Below are positions 29,790 through 38,587 of a DNA stretch of 64,000 nucleotides, piece by piece (the stretch's first letter is position 1; each line of letters opens with the position of its first letter). Made by a program: the position numbers and the translations under genes. The notes under the pieces are model-generated. The model did not search any database. It worked only from the letters and a program-made list of their open reading frames with translations, and had not been told where the DNA came from. Source of the DNA: a virus (taxonomy: Duplodnaviria; Caudoviricetes); the IMG/VR virus record IMGVR_UViG_3300025809_001850; one strand, written 5' to 3'.

Positions 29790-30221
29790 ATGACAACAGG
29801 AACAATAACTACAAATGCAGGCTCAATGAAACTTGAGTTTTTTGATAACGATGCACCTAACACGGTCAAGAATTTTACCGATTTGGCAAACAAAGGATTT
29901 TACGAAGGATTAACTTTTCACAGAGTTATTCCAGGATTTGTTGCTCAAGGTGGATGTCCAACTGGAACAGGATCAGGTGGACCAGGTTATACAATTGACT
30001 GTGAAACGCAAGGTGGTAATCAATACCACGACAAAGGAGTGCTTAGTATGGCACACGCAGGACCCAACACAGGAGGTTCTCAGTTCTTTCTTGTACACAC
30101 ACGTCAAGCAACTGCTCATCTTGACAGAGGGCATACGTGCTTTGCCAAGGTAACTGAAGGTTTAGATGTCATTGAGCAAATTCGTCAAGGTGACACTTTC
30201 AGTGTAACCATTGATAGCTAA
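29790..30221 (+). CDS. Cyclophilin-type peptidyl-prolyl isomerase
   Basis: APNTVKNF, FHRVIPGFVAQGGCP, LSMAHAGPNTGGSQFF. Confidence 0.95.
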   Translation: MTTGTITTNAGSMKLEFFDNDAPNTVKNFTDLANKGFYEGLTFHRVIPGFVAQGGCPTGTGSGGPGYTIDCETQGGNQYHDKGVLSMAHAGPNTGGSQFFLVHTRQATAHLDRGHTCFAKVTEGLDVIEQIRQGDTFSVTIDS

Positions 30222-30342
30222 TGTGGCATGAAGCATTTTTCTATATCAGCATTGCGTTTACTTTGTTGATATTTTTGATGGCATTCATTTACTATTTAGA
30301 TGATGAATCGTAATTTTTTTTAAAACATATATATTTATGAAT

Positions 30343-30792
30343 ATGGATATCAACGAACAATTTGAAAAACTAGTAGCATCTGATCTTACAGAAGGATCAA
30401 AGTGGTTAAAGTATAGTGATTTGCTTTTGGCAAAAATCCACGCAATAGAAAAAAATGGTGCAAAGTCGGCAGAAGTTAAAAAACTTGATAAAGAAATCAA
30501 AAAAGAAATGGATAAACTTGGCATCACCGAGGCAGTATCAAGAACCGGATCATCTGGAACAATAGACCTTGATGAATTAGAAAGAAAACCTCGTGTTAGT
30601 ATAAAATATTGGGAAAAACTTTTTAAAGGAAAAGCAGAAGAAGTATTTGATGGAATTCATGGATACATTGTATTGATCAGAGTATCTTCTGTTGTTACTC
30701 GCCATCAATCAAGTACATTTGAATATTTAACAAAAGGTCCTGATTACCGTTGGATTGAGTTTGATGACAAGTATATCAAGATAGGATTCTAA
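30343..30792 (+). CDS. Putative virion-internal modular protein
   Basis: ATG 30343 is 4 nt after ATATTTAT; LTE and ITE junctions. Confidence 0.65.
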   Translation: MDINEQFEKLVASDLTEGSKWLKYSDLLLAKIHAIEKNGAKSAEVKKLDKEIKKEMDKLGITEAVSRTGSSGTIDLDELERKPRVSIKYWEKLFKGKAEEVFDGIHGYIVLIRVSSVVTRHQSSTFEYLTKGPDYRWIEFDDKYIKIGF

Positions 30793-31121
30793 TGAACAAA
30801 TCAGATTTAAAACAAGTTATTCGTGAGGAACTCAAATCGTTACTTGAAGGACAATACGAACTTTATCACAAGTCATTTACATCAGCAGCTGAAACTGCAC
30901 GTAAAGTTGCCGAGAAAAAAGGATTTGAAATTGACGAAGAAAATTGGACAACCGAAGTTGCATTCGGTGGAAAATACAGACGAGCAAGACCAAGTGTAGG
31001 TAAAAGTAATTCGTTTAGTGTTGCTTTAATTAAAAACGGAAAACCACAACGCAAACATCTTCACTTTCAAGTATACGGAATGGAAAGTGGTAGTTTTGAA
31101 TTAAACGCATACGTTTCGTAA
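30792..31121 (+). CDS. MNKSDLKQVIREEL-tagged protein
   Basis: Shared N-terminal motif; TAATG coupling. Confidence 0.75.
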   Translation: MNKSDLKQVIREELKSLLEGQYELYHKSFTSAAETARKVAEKKGFEIDEENWTTEVAFGGKYRRARPSVGKSNSFSVALIKNGKPQRKHLHFQVYGMESGSFELNAYVS

Positions 31122-31333
31122 TGTCTAAACGATGCAAGGCACGAAACAAGGTCATTGCGGAATTAGACTTTATTACCAGCATGGCACAAAATCTGCGTGA
31201 AGTTGTAGATGATGCAGACTGGCCAAAAGAAGTGTGGGAAGAAAAAGCAAAAGTTCTTAAAGAAGTTCAGAACACAATTGTTGATTTTTTGAAAGATATA
31301 GATGATTTTGAAGCAGATTCACCTTCAAAATAA
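31121..31333 (+). CDS. Small helical hypothetical protein
   Basis: TAATG coupling. Confidence 0.55.
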   Translation: MSKRCKARNKVIAELDFITSMAQNLREVVDDADWPKEVWEEKAKVLKEVQNTIVDFLKDIDDFEADSPSK

Positions 31334-31372
31334 AAAAAAAATAAGTTTGTTTTGTAAAAACGATAAAAAATG

Positions 31373-31401
31373 TTGACAATTATGAATTATTTTCATAGTA
31401 T
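31373..31401 (+). promoter_or_regulatory. Sigma70-type promoter driving a non-coding transcript
   Basis: TTGACA-17-TAGTAT; a terminator rather than an ORF follows. Confidence 0.7.
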
Positions 31402-31406
31402 ACATA

Positions 31407-31479
31407 TATATATTCTTTATATCACCATCATCTCCCAGAGTTGCCATTAAGATTCGTTCTGATGGCAACTCTTTTTTTT
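31407..31479 (+). ncRNA. Candidate ~70-nt small RNA
   Basis: Promoter, pyrimidine-rich ATCACCATCATCTCCC segment, then a terminator; no ORF. Confidence 0.5.
31437..31479 (+). terminator. Rho-independent terminator
   Basis: AGAGTTGCCAT-14nt-ATGGCAACTCT, perfect 11-bp stem plus T run. Confidence 0.85.
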
Positions 31480-31540
31480 ATAAACTAAATGAATCAGAAA
31501 TGAATTGATAACTTGGTTATATTCATATATATTTATTGAT

Positions 31541-32563
31541 ATGAACAAAAATAAACTGATTGATATTATATTAGATGTGATTACAGAGGAATGGGGTGCG
31601 GATGTAGACATCAAATCAACAGGTACTCATGCAGATAAAAGCATCACTAAGATTAAGAAAGAACTTGGATCATTAAAAGGCAAAAAACCTTTTAACCGTG
31701 AACGATTTTCAGAGTTAATGTTTGCTCTTCGTGCCAAGCAAGGATGGAAAACGGGTAATGGTGCAACAGGAACTAAAGAAGAAATTACTAAAATTGATAA
31801 AGAAGAATTAAGAGAATTGATTGAAACGGAATTAAGTGAGTTGATGTCGGAAAGCACCAATACACTTGATAGAGCATACAAAGTTTATTCATCAAGTTTA
31901 ACTGCATTCAGAGAAATTGCCATTAAACTTAAAGACAACAAACTTCAAAAGTTATGGCGTGAACTAGATAAGTTGCATCAAAAAATTACAAAACATCTTG
32001 ATACTAATTATGAAGGAGCATTAAGTGAAGCAATAAATGATCTAAACGAAAGTGTTTTACCAAAAGCATTATATTCAGAATTGGAACATGGTGAAGAAGC
32101 ACTTAATGCACTTGTTAAAAATACACGTGGAGATAGACCAGGTGCTCCTGACAAGGTAATGGTAAAGTATTATAATGCACACAGAAAGTTAAAGTCGGTG
32201 ATTGAAAAGCATTTACACAGAGAATACCCAGATTGGGAAAAACGAATGGAAGAGGATATCAAAAATTCCAAAAAGAGTAAAGTTAATCTTGTTAAAGCAT
32301 TAAAGAAGTTTAAGAAAGGTGCAAGTGTTCATTACTTTCCACTATCAGGTGGAAACTATGTAATGGTAGGACCAAAAGGAGTTCAAACCAAAGACAACGA
32401 AGCAGTTGATGTGAAAATCAGAGACGTCGGAACATACGATGCAGACAATCCAAATCAAGTAAGTGTCGGAATTGAATTGAGCAATGGTCACGAAGCAACT
32501 TGGAACGGAAAAGAATTTGAAATTGATGACCTCGGTTGTCCATTAATATTGGGAAAAGGATAA
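31541..32563 (+). CDS. Putative virion-internal modular polyprotein
   Basis: ATG 31541 is 4 nt after ATATTTAT; internal EELRELIETEL; junctions ITEE, MSE, LSE, LNE. Confidence 0.7.
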   Translation: MNKNKLIDIILDVITEEWGADVDIKSTGTHADKSITKIKKELGSLKGKKPFNRERFSELMFALRAKQGWKTGNGATGTKEEITKIDKEELRELIETELSELMSESTNTLDRAYKVYSSSLTAFREIAIKLKDNKLQKLWRELDKLHQKITKHLDTNYEGALSEAINDLNESVLPKALYSELEHGEEALNALVKNTRGDRPGAPDKVMVKYYNAHRKLKSVIEKHLHREYPDWEKRMEEDIKNSKKSKVNLVKALKKFKKGASVHYFPLSGGNYVMVGPKGVQTKDNEAVDVKIRDVGTYDADNPNQVSVGIELSNGHEATWNGKEFEIDDLGCPLILGKG

Positions 32564-32567
32564 TACA

Positions 32568-33077
32568 ATGAAAAAAACAGAACTTAAACAACTTATTAAA
32601 CAAGAACTTGAAGAAGCAGTAGTCGCAGAACACGACAAAGCAAAAGTATTAAAAGCAATGCTCAAAGCAGGATCAAACAAAGCAGAAGCACAAGCACTAT
32701 TAAAAAAGCATTATGCGTATGTTGATAAAAAGTATGCTGATTCACCTGCAAGCAAAAAAGCAGAAATCATTGTAACACTTGCAGGTACTGCATCTGAATC
32801 AAACATCAAAGAAGTCGTCTCGAAATATGACATAGATCTTAATATACTAGCAAAGTTTACTGATCAAAATCAGCATATTCTTGCTCGTCATTATATCGCA
32901 AAGAAACGTGGTTACACAAAACTCGTTCTTGCGTATAAAGCATTATATGATCTTCAAAGTGCGTTGGGTCATTTTCCAAGAGGAGCAGATAAAGTTCGTT
33001 CAGATTTAGACAAGGATTTAAAAAAGTATCTATCAAAAGATGTTGATAATTGGAAAGATGTTTGGGAAGAACTATGA
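32568..33077 (+). CDS. MKKTELKQLIKQEL-tagged protein
   Basis: Shared N-terminal motif. Confidence 0.75.
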   Translation: MKKTELKQLIKQELEEAVVAEHDKAKVLKAMLKAGSNKAEAQALLKKHYAYVDKKYADSPASKKAEIIVTLAGTASESNIKEVVSKYDIDLNILAKFTDQNQHILARHYIAKKRGYTKLVLAYKALYDLQSALGHFPRGADKVRSDLDKDLKKYLSKDVDNWKDVWEEL

Positions 33078-33307
33078 TTAAATTAAAAACATTGTTGGAA
33101 TATCCTTATACTCGTTGGAAAGTTCATGTAAAACTTAAAACTGAAAAAGGAAAGTCATTTGACTATAAACCCATTATGTTAAGTAAAAATCAACCAAACA
33201 AAAGAAAAGCACTTGATCACGCAAAAGAACAATGGACGCAGGACTACGAAACCAAACACGGTAAAATAAAAACTGCTAAGATTTATGTAATTTTTAATGC
33301 AAGTTAG
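33074..33307 (+). CDS. MIKLKTLLE-type small protein
   Basis: ATGA overlap at 33074; short version of the motif. Confidence 0.65.
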   Translation: MIKLKTLLEYPYTRWKVHVKLKTEKGKSFDYKPIMLSKNQPNKRKALDHAKEQWTQDYETKHGKIKTAKIYVIFNAS

Positions 33308-33310
33308 GTT

Positions 33311-33658
33311 ATGAAAAAATCAGAATTAAAACAAATCATCCGTGAAATTCTGAACGAAGATTTGCGTAATTGGTTCAAAAAGAAATGGGTCAACATTGGT
33401 AAAAAAGACAAAGACGGAAAACATCCTCCATGTGGTACAAGTGGTGACAAACGAGGATATGCTAAATGTGTTCCTCAAGCAACTGCCAGCAAAATGTCTG
33501 ACAAAGAAAAAGAAAGTGCAACTCGTAGAAAACGGGCTGCCCAAAATGATGCTGATCGGGGTGGAAAAGAATCATCAGGTCAAGGCAAGAAACCTATTAG
33601 TGTCAGCACCTATACAAAGAAAAGTGGCAAAAAAAGTGGAACAGGAAACGGATCGTGA
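33311..33658 (+). CDS. MKKSELKQIIREIL-tagged basic protein (LRNWFKKKWVNI...PPCG...AKCVP)
   Basis: Shared N-terminal motif; basic domain common in large phages. Confidence 0.75.
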   Translation: MKKSELKQIIREILNEDLRNWFKKKWVNIGKKDKDGKHPPCGTSGDKRGYAKCVPQATASKMSDKEKESATRRKRAAQNDADRGGKESSGQGKKPISVSTYTKKSGKKSGTGNGS

Positions 33659-33993
33659 ACGAAGAATGGAGCAACGATCAAAAAAAGAAAATTGACTGCA
33701 ACAATCCAAAAGGATTCAGTCAAAAAGCACATTGTGCAGGTCGTAAAAAACGACAAGCAGGAAAACAAACCAAATCAAAACCTGTGAAAGAATTTATGGA
33801 AAAGAAAACAATAGAAGAAAGATTACAATTATTTTTAGAAAAAAACGTTCCCACTTCTCCAAGCAAGTGGTCATATTGGATTGGCCAAGCAAAAAAGAAA
33901 TTTGATGTTTATCCTTCAGCTTACGCAAATGGTTGGGCTGCCAAAATGTACAAAGGTGCAGGTGGCAAGTGGAAAACAGAATCAAAGAAGTAA
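33655..33993 (+). CDS. Basic two-module protein (IDCNNPKGFSQKAHC; YPSAYANGW...GGKWK)
   Basis: GTGA overlap; modules conserved in large phages. Confidence 0.7.
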   Translation: MNEEWSNDQKKKIDCNNPKGFSQKAHCAGRKKRQAGKQTKSKPVKEFMEKKTIEERLQLFLEKNVPTSPSKWSYWIGQAKKKFDVYPSAYANGWAAKMYKGAGGKWKTESKK

Positions 33994-34089
33994 ATTTTTT
34001 TGTAAAAGTTTATTTGTTCTTTAAAGAATTAATTATTCCTTCAAGAAAACCAAGAAATTTAGAGATCAATTGGATTCTAATGAAATTGG

Positions 34090-34317
34090 ATGCGGAGATA
34101 CAACATTTACCAACATCAAAATCTAATGAAAAAACTATGGTTGATATGGGCAAGAACGATTGATCACCGTGTCGGTAAAACTGATGACGATGAACCTGAT
34201 ATTCCAATTCTAACTCAGAATCAAGCAATAGCAAGTTTAATGCTTCGGACATTCATTATTTTGTTGAATGTTATTACTTGTTTCTTTATAATTGCTAATG
34301 CAATAAGACATTGGTGA
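34090..34317 (+). CDS. Small membrane protein (WARTIDHRVG...ANAIRHW)
   Basis: C-terminal hydrophobic helix; start uncertain. Confidence 0.55.
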   Translation: MRRYNIYQHQNLMKKLWLIWARTIDHRVGKTDDDEPDIPILTQNQAIASLMLRTFIILLNVITCFFIIANAIRHW

Positions 34318-34335
34318 AGTTTAATAAAATAAGAC

Positions 34336-34364
34336 TTGACTTTTTATAATAATTGTGGTACAGT
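34336..34364 (+). promoter_or_regulatory. Early promoter, repeat family copy 10
   Basis: TTGACT-17-TACAGT. Confidence 0.85.
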
Positions 34365-34373
34365 GTATACATA

Positions 34374-34625
34374 ATGAGAGACGGAAATACACAAACAATT
34401 AAATTTAATAACGAGAGAATTATGAATAAAATACAAGTAAGAATCAAAAAGTGGTCAACCCACTTTTCAGTAAAAATCTTTGATCAAGAAAATGACTCAA
34501 CCGGTAACAACCGTCCAAGAGTTCGTACTTCATCAAGTCAGTCGTATCTTGATACGATAATGAAAGAAGAAGGTTTTTTTGACTGCAACGAAGGACAATT
34601 TCGTTTCAATGTTGTTTTTCAATAA
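34374..34625 (+). CDS. Early hypothetical protein
   Basis: ATGAGA at +10. Confidence 0.6.
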   Translation: MRDGNTQTIKFNNERIMNKIQVRIKKWSTHFSVKIFDQENDSTGNNRPRVRTSSSQSYLDTIMKEEGFFDCNEGQFRFNVVFQ

Positions 34626-34641
34626 ACACATAAAATAACAC

Positions 34642-34670
34642 TTGACTTTTTATAATAAATTTGGTATAGT
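34642..34670 (+). promoter_or_regulatory. Early promoter, repeat family copy 11
   Basis: TTGACT-17-TATAGT. Confidence 0.85.
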
Positions 34671-34796
34671 ATAAACATAATGAGAGATAACAACAAACCT
34701 AAAATTAAATTAACGGAACGAGAGAAACTACTACTCTATTTCAAGATGGGACCAGGTAGGTTCAAGACACATTTTACTGCTTAGTCAAATATTATT

Positions 34797-35009
34797 ATGG
34801 AAAACATCAACAAATTTATTGAATACTGCAAAAGTTTCTATTTCGGTAGCAAAGCAGTTTATCCTTTACAGAATGCATCGCATCTTGATTTCGTTTATGC
34901 GTGTAATTTAGTCGCAAGAAGAACAGATATAGAGTTCGCAGCTGATTCTATTGATCGTGAACGAGTTCGTGATATTCTTGAATCAATAGGATTTAAAGAA
35001 GCAAAGTAA
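34797..35009 (+). CDS. Conserved phage hypothetical protein (FAADSIDRERVRDI)
   Basis: ORF track. Confidence 0.65.
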   Translation: MENINKFIEYCKSFYFGSKAVYPLQNASHLDFVYACNLVARRTDIEFAADSIDRERVRDILESIGFKEAK

Positions 35010-35023
35010 TTTACATACACTAT

Positions 35024-35278
35024 TTATTTTTGTGGGGTGTCCGCTGAGTATTCGGAGTTCACCCCCTTTTTTGTGTTTATTTGCTGACCTTGTTTTCCCC
35101 ATTTTTTCTGAAGATACTTACGTTCTTCTTTCCAGTCCTTAAAAGGTTTACCTCGCATCGCAAGCAAATCGCCGAGACTAACTTGTTCGTTGACTTCGGT
35201 TGGTGTTGTAGACTTGATTTTTTGTGGGACTTTCATATCAATACACACAATACCAAAGATACCAAAATGTTGCAACAA
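35024..35278 (-). CDS. Hypothetical protein (start probably MKVPQK)
   Basis: ORF track; basic. Confidence 0.4.
   Translation of the reverse strand: MLQHFGIFGIVCIDMKVPQKIKSTTPTEVNEQVSLGDLLAMRGKPFKDWKEERKYLQKKWGKQGQQINTKKGVNSEYSADTPQK
35034..35072 (+). terminator. Probable intrinsic terminator between convergent genes
   Basis: GGGGTG-TCCG...CGGA-gtt-CACCCC followed by a T run. Confidence 0.6.
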
Positions 35279-35335
35279 TTATTGCAATCGTTATACAAAC
35301 TGATAAAAAGGTATTAAAACTCACATAAATAATTA

Positions 35336-35608
35336 CTACTTTGCACAAGGAAATCTTCCGTAATTTCCCATTCCGTCATAATCCATTACATCACCTTTTA
35401 TTTCATTGAAGGTTTCGTAGTTTTTTGCAGATACAATTTTAACTGATTTTGTTGATTTTGATTTTCTGCTAAGAATACGAGAAAGTATGCGTATTGCAAA
35501 TGTATGTGGTAAACTTAATGTTGTCATATTTTTATTTTTATACAATGAAAGAAAAACGAAGAAAGTCTTAACCACTTTCTTCGTCTTAAACCACCGAATG
35601 TTTACCAT
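35336..35608 (-). CDS. Hypothetical protein (start probably MTTLSL)
   Basis: C-terminal MDYDGMGNYGRFP. Confidence 0.45.
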   Translation of the reverse strand: MVNIRWFKTKKVVKTFFVFLSLYKNKNMTTLSLPHTFAIRILSRILSRKSKSTKSVKIVSAKNYETFNEIKGDVMDYDGMGNYGRFPCAK

Positions 35609-35883
35609 TTACATACCGAGTACATAAACAGCACCGCTGGAAATAGCAAATGTAATTACCGATACCATGAATCTTACGATTTTAAAGCATTGTTGATCTG
35701 TTAACATTGTAGTGGTTCTTTCTATTGTTGTTTGTTGTGGATTTACGATGTTAAAGCATAAGTGCTTCAACAATATATATAACGATACAAAACTGCATTT
35801 GGTTCACAAAAAAAATCAATTTTTTTTGTGAGTTGACAGAATCCGTTGAGTATCATATTATTAAATCCTAATTAAAAATAATC

Positions 35884-36162
35884 ATGCCTTACATAGATAA
35901 AACAGAACAAGCAAAGTACGATGCCAATAAACTTGAGCATTGTGGTATTCTAAATTACGCAATCAATCAGTTGATAAACGACTACATTGAGCAAAACGGA
36001 AAATGTTATCAAACATTTAACGATGTAACAGGAGCATTAGAAAATGCCAAGTTAGAAATTTATCGCAGACTGGTTGCTCCTTACGAAGATGAAAAAATTC
36101 TTGAAAATGGAGATGTTCCTCCGTATACAAATTACGATAAGTTTGCGAGTAAAAAATATTAA
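35884..36162 (+). CDS. Conserved phage helical protein (MPYI...LNYAI...GALENAKLEIYRRLVAPYED..I.ENGDV)
   Basis: Recognisable phage family pattern; promoter TTGACA-17-TATTAT at 35833-35861. Confidence 0.75.
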   Translation: MPYIDKTEQAKYDANKLEHCGILNYAINQLINDYIEQNGKCYQTFNDVTGALENAKLEIYRRLVAPYEDEKILENGDVPPYTNYDKFASKKY

Positions 36163-36615
36163 ATGAGTTCTGTTCCGCAACAAGGAACTACGGGAGGAAC
36201 TCCAATTTTAGATAATAAACAATATCTTTACAGAAAATATCTGACGAAAAACGAGATATTTGAATTGGTATCACAGTGTGATGGTCAGATTTTTGGTGAA
36301 AGATCACCAAATGCTACCAACGATTACTATAAGATTGTGCCGTATTACCAAAATGTGCTTGAGAATGTCCGTAAAGGCATCGAAAACGATGCTTTGACCA
36401 ATAAGTGCATTGAGTATGCTCTTTATCTTCAAACGAATTCTAGCACTCTTCTTGACCTTCCACCGATAATTATAGTCAATGGTGGAGTCTGTGATGGTTC
36501 TCATAGATTGTCTGCTATTCATTTGTTATCAGAATACTATGACGTTGATAATTTTCGGTGGAATGCTTTTAAATTAAAAGTGGATTTTTATGTGGAAATG
36601 AAAAATAAGACTTGA
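36163..36615 (+). CDS. ParB/Sulfiredoxin-like domain protein
   Basis: LPPIIIV...DGSHRLSA motif. Confidence 0.6.
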   Translation: MSSVPQQGTTGGTPILDNKQYLYRKYLTKNEIFELVSQCDGQIFGERSPNATNDYYKIVPYYQNVLENVRKGIENDALTNKCIEYALYLQTNSSTLLDLPPIIIVNGGVCDGSHRLSAIHLLSEYYDVDNFRWNAFKLKVDFYVEMKNKT

Positions 36616-36640
36616 CTTTTTATAATAATTGTTGTAGTAT
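36612..36640 (+). promoter_or_regulatory. Early promoter, repeat family copy 12
   Basis: TTGACT-17-TAGTAT; overlaps a TGA stop. Confidence 0.85.
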
Positions 36641-36649
36641 AAAAGAACA

Positions 36650-36958
36650 ATGAGAGTTAAAAGTATATTAGTTTTTCTGATAACATTATTCGTTACAGAA
36701 ACTTCAATCAACGCAAAATCTATATTAGATAGATACAACTCCGGAGGTACACCAAAACTTCGGCAAATGAAAAAGACAGATTTGGCAACTATATACAGTT
36801 CAAGTTCTCATGCCCGTGCATTAGAAGCACAAAAACGAGCATATCGTTCTTCTGCAAAAGCAAATGCAAGAGTGTTCGGTGGTCGGAAAGAGCATCCCAA
36901 ATACAAAAGTGCTTCTCCTTACATTTTGTATCAAAAAACATTTCCACCACAAAAATAA
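36650..36958 (+). CDS. Secreted basic hypothetical protein
   Basis: Signal-peptide-like N-terminus; ATGAGA at +10. Confidence 0.6.
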   Translation: MRVKSILVFLITLFVTETSINAKSILDRYNSGGTPKLRQMKKTDLATIYSSSSHARALEAQKRAYRSSAKANARVFGGRKEHPKYKSASPYILYQKTFPPQK

Positions 36959-36961
36959 AGC

Positions 36962-36990
36962 TTGACTTTTTATAAGAAATTTGGTAAGAT
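36962..36990 (+). promoter_or_regulatory. Early promoter, repeat family copy 13
   Basis: TTGACT-17-TAAGAT. Confidence 0.85.
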
Positions 36991-37179
36991 ACTTGTATGA
37001 TGATGAGAGAAGAAGTGGTTCAAAAAAGGAGATACCAAGTTTAAGTGGCACGTCCTGATCAAATTCGTTTTCACACAAAATGCATTTGGCAACACATCAA
37101 ACACAATCATCTTAACAAAATTGCATTTCATATAAAAGGAATTTACAGAGCAATATTCAATATAGATAATCAATAAGAT

Positions 37180-37449
37180 ATGGACTACGACTACAAACAA
37201 CTTCACTTTAATGCAGAACTCGGACAAGAACCTTGGGTTGTTAAAGGATACAAGCACGATGGATATTCATCAAATAGTGTTTGTGCCGGAATGACCAAAA
37301 TAGATTTTCTTGAAAGTTACGAATCAGAAGAACGTGCGATTGATGCTCACCCGGAACTTGGAACTGAGAATGATGACAGTTGTTATGGTTCTGATTTTCT
37401 TGACGAACCACTCAAGGATGTTAGTCACATTTCAAATACGGAATGCTAA
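37180..37449 (+). CDS. Hypothetical protein
   Basis: ORF track. Confidence 0.6.
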   Translation: MDYDYKQLHFNAELGQEPWVVKGYKHDGYSSNSVCAGMTKIDFLESYESEERAIDAHPELGTENDDSCYGSDFLDEPLKDVSHISNTEC

Positions 37450-37718
37450 CAATGACTTTTTCCCAATCACAAGAACACTACGATCATGTTTTCGGATCGC
37501 AATACGATGATACACGAGAACGATACGCATCTGAACTTGAAGACCTTAAAGCAGATAGTTTAGCATACGAAGAAGAAATGCGATATCGTCAGATTATTGT
37601 AGACGCAGGATATCCAGGAACTTTAGAAGGAATGGATGAATACGAAGCAATGTGGAAGAGATCACTTGAGTATGCAAAAAGTGGAGCAATTGATGATTTA
37701 CTTGAAGATAATGCTTGA
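37443..37718 (+). CDS. Acidic hypothetical protein
   Basis: ORF track. Confidence 0.6.
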   Translation: MLTMTFSQSQEHYDHVFGSQYDDTRERYASELEDLKADSLAYEEEMRYRQIIVDAGYPGTLEGMDEYEAMWKRSLEYAKSGAIDDLLEDNA

Positions 37719-37743
37719 CTTATTATAATAAGTGTGGTAGTAT
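37715..37743 (+). promoter_or_regulatory. Early promoter, repeat family copy 14
   Basis: TTGACT-17-TAGTAT; overlaps a TGA stop. Confidence 0.85.
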
Positions 37744-37789
37744 ACTTGTATTGAGAGTGAGAAAAGAGAACAAGAAAAAAGAGAGAAAA

Positions 37790-38275
37790 ATGAAATTTAC
37801 AAAAACTAGAAAGTCTGATTGGTTTTCGCAACCTACTATGGCAGGACATGAGTGGTGCAAAGATACTATTTTCCTTGCAGAAGAAATTTTCACCAAGTAT
37901 GCAAAAACCAAACGTACTAAAGCACTTGCCAATTATGTTATCAAAGATATTCCCGAGTGGCATTATTGGCATAGCATTTCTAAGAAGGAATTGAATTTGC
38001 TTCGTTGGGTATTGCGTAGAATAGACAAAGCATTTACTGAAACGGGTGGTCTTACAAATTTGCTTGCGATGTATCAAAGTCGCACCGGTTGTCTTAAAGG
38101 TCGGATAGATTGGGTTCTTGAACATCTTGCTTACACTTATGATAAGTCTGCAAGGGTAAAGGATTATGCAAGTAATATGGGATTTTGGGGAATGACTAAA
38201 AAAGAATCAACGAACCGATTAACAGAGTATCAAAAGAATTTGGTTCAAAAACACGACGTAGAAAAAGTAGCATAA
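37790..38275 (+). CDS. Early hypothetical protein
   Basis: ATG 37790 (MKFTK). Confidence 0.65.
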   Translation: MKFTKTRKSDWFSQPTMAGHEWCKDTIFLAEEIFTKYAKTKRTKALANYVIKDIPEWHYWHSISKKELNLLRWVLRRIDKAFTETGGLTNLLAMYQSRTGCLKGRIDWVLEHLAYTYDKSARVKDYASNMGFWGMTKKESTNRLTEYQKNLVQKHDVEKVA

Positions 38276-38494
38276 ATGAGAGAAACAAGAAAATTTGATA
38301 TTAATATTAACGATCATCGTTTTATCGGTGAAGAAGAATATGGAGGAAAAATTTACATCAACCAAGTGTTCATTAAAAACAAAGAAATTGGTCTTTGGAA
38401 CAAACGAATTGGTTATGCACTTTCTGCAAAACGACTTGAAAATTGGGAAACTCAAGTTGCAAATTATTTTAAAATGGAATCCATATCAGTATGA
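38276..38494 (+). CDS. Small hypothetical protein
   Basis: Abuts the upstream stop. Confidence 0.55.
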   Translation: MRETRKFDININDHRFIGEEEYGGKIYINQVFIKNKEIGLWNKRIGYALSAKRLENWETQVANYFKMESISV

Positions 38495-38587
38495 ACAAAC
38501 ACAATACGTGCTTCATTGAATATTTTACATTAGCAGTAATTTTTACATCCATTGCATTGGTAGCATTAACTATATCAGGAAACTAAG

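Noticed and set aside
5370-37743. CRISPR array or iteron array from the recurring TTGACTTTTTATAA repeat
   Set aside because: Copies are hundreds to thousands of bp apart, separated by genes, and match -35/17/-10 promoter geometry.
11832-37789. N-terminal MTFY(N/K)...ILVLR extensions in track ORFs 11832, 12281, 21099 and 37715 as a protein family
   Set aside because: They start at the TTG of the -35 hexamer, upstream of the transcription start; they are translated promoter sequence.
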